Shown in pieces: positions 60,404 through 64,000 of a stretch of DNA of 64,000 bases. A model generated the notes under the pieces. The model was given only the letters and a program-made list of their open reading frames with translations. It was not told where the DNA came from and made no database searches. Numbering within the stretch: position 1 is the first letter of the stretch; each line of letters starts with the position of its first letter. Origin of the DNA: a virus; the IMG/VR virus record IMGVR_UViG_3300032268_001605, positions 1-64,000 of that record, one strand, 5' to 3'. The position numbers and the translations under genes are program-made.

Positions 60404-61291
60404 ATGAGCAAATATCTTTCACAGTACGGTTTCAGAACTTGGAACAAAGAAGAACTTTTTAACCAAATTGATAAAATTAACATCTTCAGACTTGAAGATC
60501 AAGTTATCACTAAAATCGGAGATGTAGTAACCAATGTAACAAATGTTTCTAAAAGATACGAAGTATTTGATATTCGATCTTTTATGAAATCCAAAATCGA
60601 ACAAATAGAAGCTAATTTTCCAATCAACTTCTATAAGTTCAGACTCAAAGCCGGTGTACAAGAACTTACACTAATCTCAGACGAAGTAGAAATCAATAAA
60701 ACCCTCTTCTACAAATCATTCTATATCCTGAACTCTTCTGACAAATCCAGAAGACTCAATATGAATATGGGTTTGTATAGAGCAGATAACAACTCTTATG
60801 TAGTAGGTTCAATCAGAAATCTAACACTTTCAACAAAACACCTAACTGGAGTTACCAAGAAGGCAGAAGAAATATCTCAAACAATAGACATCGAAACTTT
60901 TGATGAGCAAATCGAAGCAATCAAATCCCTAGTAGGACAAAGAGTACTTCTTTCTAAGGTTAGAGAAATCATTGTGGATAAAGATTTACAAATTAACCAT
61001 AGAAAATTTGATGCACTTAAAAACTCCCTGAGATACTCACCATCAGATAAGATGGATACCTTGACAAAAGACCAGTTGAATACACTTTGTACCACTTCAG
61101 AGACTCTGGTGATAGATCATAAAAATGATTTTTCAATAGATGCCTACAAAATATTTAATTGTTACATACAGGTTTTCTCAAGACAAGACTCTTATATAGT
61201 GAAGAAAGAAACCGAAAAGATACTAAAAATCACACAATGTTTCCTCAGAGATGAAAAAATTAGTTCTCTCCTAGATTTACTTCTTGATTAA
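60404..61291 (+). CDS. Hypothetical early protein with C-terminal RDEKISSLL tag
   Basis: 295 aa; TATCTTTG at 60369-60376 upstream. Confidence 0.7.
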   Translation: MSKYLSQYGFRTWNKEELFNQIDKINIFRLEDQVITKIGDVVTNVTNVSKRYEVFDIRSFMKSKIEQIEANFPINFYKFRLKAGVQELTLISDEVEINKTLFYKSFYILNSSDKSRRLNMNMGLYRADNNSYVVGSIRNLTLSTKHLTGVTKKAEEISQTIDIETFDEQIEAIKSLVGQRVLLSKVREIIVDKDLQINHRKFDALKNSLRYSPSDKMDTLTKDQLNTLCTTSETLVIDHKNDFSIDAYKIFNCYIQVFSRQDSYIVKKETEKILKITQCFLRDEKISSLLDLLLD

Positions 61292-61324
61292 TTTTAAAAA
61301 TATATTTACCTTAAAATAAAAATT

Positions 61325-62515
61325 ATGTCTTATACAAGAAAAACAACTGATATTTTCATCTCTGATGAATTAACATCAATCTTAGAAAAAATCCAAAATG
61401 GATCTGTGGTGGCTAAACTTCTTCTAAAGAAACGTCACCCCTTAGAAGATTTAGTCGAGGATTATGTCAACTACATCTCTGTATCTAAAGATGATAGTAC
61501 CAAACTTTCCTACATATCACAAGAGCGACAAAAACAAACTACCGATTTCTGGGACTCAAATAGACGCTTTATGATAAAGCCAGGTGCCTTTGTTAAAAAA
61601 GTATTCAAAAACATCTCAGAAAAAGATATTGAAATTTTTTCAAGTCTTTTCAGAAGTGAACAAACAGTCAACAACTTACAATTCAAAGTTGTCAGTGGAA
61701 GAAATATCTCACAATACTATAATGAAGAAAGTTATGCTTCTGTGAGATCTTCTTTAGGAGCTTCTTGTATGAGATATGATGAATGTCAAAATTGGTTCAA
61801 TATCTATACAGACAACCCTGACCAAATCACCATGTTGATACTCGTAAACAAGACAGGGGACTTGGTCGGTAGAAGTTTACTTTGGCAAACTACACCGAAA
61901 GTTATGGATAGAATTTACACAGTAAATGATGATTTATTTGCACCACAGTTTAAAAAATGGGCACAAGAAAATGGATATCTCTATAAGACTGAACAAAAGT
62001 GGAATAATACATTTGCTTTCACCTCAAATGGTGTGAGTACAAATCATCATCTTTCAATAGAACTCGATAATGTAGATTTCAAACACTATCCTTATTTGGA
62101 TACTTTCAAATTTTTATCACCTTCAAAAAAGACAATCTATAACTATATACCTACAGATGTAGATGATATAATAACTCTTACCACTGCTGATGGTAGAAGT
62201 AACAGTGTTGAATATTTGGCACTAGATATTAAAACCAATCTTTACTATCAAAGGTGTGATACTGTTTTTCTTGGTTATCTAAATGGTAGAGTATTCGGTG
62301 ATAGTGTTTATTACTCTCAGACTAATGACTGTTATATACACGAATGGGACGCTGTCTATTGTCGTTTTTTAGATGACTATATTTTCATAGATAATAGTCT
62401 GAATAGTAGTTCTGGAAAAATTGAAAGATTAAAATGTATTACCGGTAAATCAGAGTTAGATATAGAAACTTTAAAAAAATACAATCTCGCTGACATACCC
62501 GAACTTTTCGTTTAG
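61325..62515 (+). CDS. Hypothetical phage protein
   Basis: SCMRY, GRSLLW, MDRIY, YPYLDTF motifs. Confidence 0.7.
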   Translation: MSYTRKTTDIFISDELTSILEKIQNGSVVAKLLLKKRHPLEDLVEDYVNYISVSKDDSTKLSYISQERQKQTTDFWDSNRRFMIKPGAFVKKVFKNISEKDIEIFSSLFRSEQTVNNLQFKVVSGRNISQYYNEESYASVRSSLGASCMRYDECQNWFNIYTDNPDQITMLILVNKTGDLVGRSLLWQTTPKVMDRIYTVNDDLFAPQFKKWAQENGYLYKTEQKWNNTFAFTSNGVSTNHHLSIELDNVDFKHYPYLDTFKFLSPSKKTIYNYIPTDVDDIITLTTADGRSNSVEYLALDIKTNLYYQRCDTVFLGYLNGRVFGDSVYYSQTNDCYIHEWDAVYCRFLDDYIFIDNSLNSSSGKIERLKCITGKSELDIETLKKYNLADIPELFV

Positions 62516-62516
62516 C

Positions 62517-62547
62517 AAAAAGACTCACTTTAAAGTGAGTCTTTTTT
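62517..62547 (+). terminator. Intrinsic terminator
   Basis: aaaaagactcactt-t-aaagtgagtctttttt palindrome. Confidence 0.8.
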
Positions 62548-62627
62548 ATTATCGAAGTATTGTTGAATAATCCGTATTCGTTTTCAGAAATAGTTAAACT
62601 CATAATAACTTCTTCCATATAATTTAT

Positions 62628-63383
62628 ATGGAAGAAGTGCTAAAAAAACTTAAGATATTTGACGATTCCAATTTCAAGTTCGACCCAATACAACATAAGT
62701 ATTATTTAGACGGTGAGCATTTTATTTCAGTTACACAATTTATATCAAAATTTCATCAAAAATTTGATACTGAATTTTGGTCAAAGAAAAAGGCTGATGA
62801 TGCCGGTGTATCACAAGACCAAATTTTACTTGAATGGAAACAACTGAATGATAGAGCCAATGAGATTGGTACCGCTACACATAATTGGATAGAAAATTAC
62901 TATAATGGTATATATCAACAATTACCCACTGATTTAGATGTAATTGATAGAATTAATAAATTTAATATAGCTTATGCCAAGTGGTTATATAAATTAACGC
63001 CTATCAAATTCGAACAGCGTATTTTCTCAAGAAAATGGAAAATTGCTGGAATGATGGATGCAATATTTGGTTTTAACGATAGTGTTTTTATATTTGATTA
63101 TAAAACAAATAAACAATTTACTCATGACGAACATGATAAAGGCAAATTTGAAAAATTACTATATCCATTCGAAGATTATTATAAAAATCATCTTAATGAG
63201 TATTCAATACAAGTTAGTTTATATAAATTAATTCTAAGAGAAGTTGGTATTGATATAAAAGCATCATACCTACTTTATATCGGCCCAAATGAGGAAGCTA
63301 AAATATACAAAACACATGATTTTTCTGATATTTTAGAAAAATACTTGATACAGGAACAAATAAATAATTTATATATAAAATAA
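62628..63383 (+). CDS. PD-(D/E)xK exonuclease (Cas4/RecB-like)
   Basis: H.Y, SVT, GTATH..IE, E, AG..D, DYKTN, Y.IQ.SLY. Confidence 0.88.
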   Translation: MEEVLKKLKIFDDSNFKFDPIQHKYYLDGEHFISVTQFISKFHQKFDTEFWSKKKADDAGVSQDQILLEWKQLNDRANEIGTATHNWIENYYNGIYQQLPTDLDVIDRINKFNIAYAKWLYKLTPIKFEQRIFSRKWKIAGMMDAIFGFNDSVFIFDYKTNKQFTHDEHDKGKFEKLLYPFEDYYKNHLNEYSIQVSLYKLILREVGIDIKASYLLYIGPNEEAKIYKTHDFSDILEKYLIQEQINNLYIK

Positions 63384-63393
63384 AAATATTTGC

Positions 63394-64000
63394 ATGATTT
63401 GGTCTAAAGATGAAATTGACATATTAATAGAAAATTTTCCAAAAAATGGATCCAAATATTGTAGTCAATTGTTGAATAAAAGTAAAAGTTCTATTCAACA
63501 AAAAGCTAATAAATTAGGATTATTTGTTGATAGAGATATTGTTAGGAAAAATATGTCCAAAAATACTATAAATATAGATGACTATAGAAATGTTTCTGAT
63601 AAAAAAATAGCATATATTTTGGGATTGATATGGACTGATGGTACAGTCACTTTTGCTAATAATAAAAGTAAAACACCTGTTATTAAACATACTTGTGTTA
63701 AATATGATTCGGAAATTATAACAAAAATATTCAATGAATTAAATTGGAGACACTTTTATTCCGAAAATAAAAAATCTATTGGCAAAAATACAATGTCTGC
63801 ACATTGGTTGTCTAGTAGAGAATTAGGCAACTTATTGATTGAGAATAACTTTAGAGATAAAAGCAAAGGAACTTTTATCTATGAATTATTTGAAGATGAA
63901 AAATTAATTTCGCACTTTATTAGAGGTATTTTTGATGGTGACGGTTCTTTCTGTATATCAGAAATAAAAAATACAAAATATAAACAGTTTAATATAGCTT
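63394..64000 (+). CDS. LAGLIDADG homing endonuclease (partial, runs off window)
   Basis: Not in ORF track. MIWSKDEID...; AYILGLIWTDG and FIRGIFDGDGS motifs. Confidence 0.88.
   Translation, partial: MIWSKDEIDILIENFPKNGSKYCSQLLNKSKSSIQQKANKLGLFVDRDIVRKNMSKNTINIDDYRNVSDKKIAYILGLIWTDGTVTFANNKSKTPVIKHTCVKYDSEIITKIFNELNWRHFYSENKKSIGKNTMSAHWLSSRELGNLLIENNFRDKSKGTFIYELFEDEKLISHFIRGIFDGDGSFCISEIKNTKYKQFNIA

Noticed and set aside
4272-61095. Many short antisense or overlapping ORFs in the track (e.g. 4272, 7134, 22639, 28574, 49119, 52609)
   Set aside because: Shadow frames of well-supported genes, with no recognisable motifs
57995-63383. CRISPR-Cas12/Cas4 system
   Set aside because: No repeat-spacer array seen; the RuvC protein is paired with IS607 tnpA, and the PD-(D/E)xK protein lacks Cas4 Fe-S cysteines
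1-64000. Genome-wide stop-codon reassignment
   Set aside because: TAA, TAG and TGA all end well-conserved genes at expected positions, and coding density is high under code 11

Overview
AT-rich, gene-dense segment that reads as part of a large (jumbo-type) tailed phage genome, probably infecting Bacteroidota. The host call is inferred from TTTG-N19/20-TAnnTTTG promoters and A-rich leaders without Shine-Dalgarno sites. From left to right: putative virion fibre/structural genes; a ~17 kb glycan biosynthesis cluster (gmd, short UDP-Glc/GDP-Man dehydrogenase, FkbM and other methyltransferases, GT2/10/11/25/47/77-like enzymes) containing a RuBisCO-like protein next to a cupin, an NTP-transferase and a phosphodiesterase; a ClpC-type AAA+ chaperone gene in three separately encoded pieces, each junction carrying an atypically split intein in a Walker A motif, with free-standing homing-endonuclease-like genes between the pieces; HU, DHFR and nucleotide/RNA-processing genes; a neck-like structural gene; the C-terminal half of a family B DNA polymerase whose motif B is interrupted by a 36-nt, stop-containing GNRA hairpin; a MoxR-like AAA/vWA pair; a Dam-like methylase; a candidate structured ncRNA; an IS607-family element (tnpA+tnpB) splitting a phage gene; an exonuclease; and a partial LAGLIDADG gene. 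Three promoter classes and two recurrent short peptide tags are visible. All family assignments come from motif recognition by eye, with no database search.
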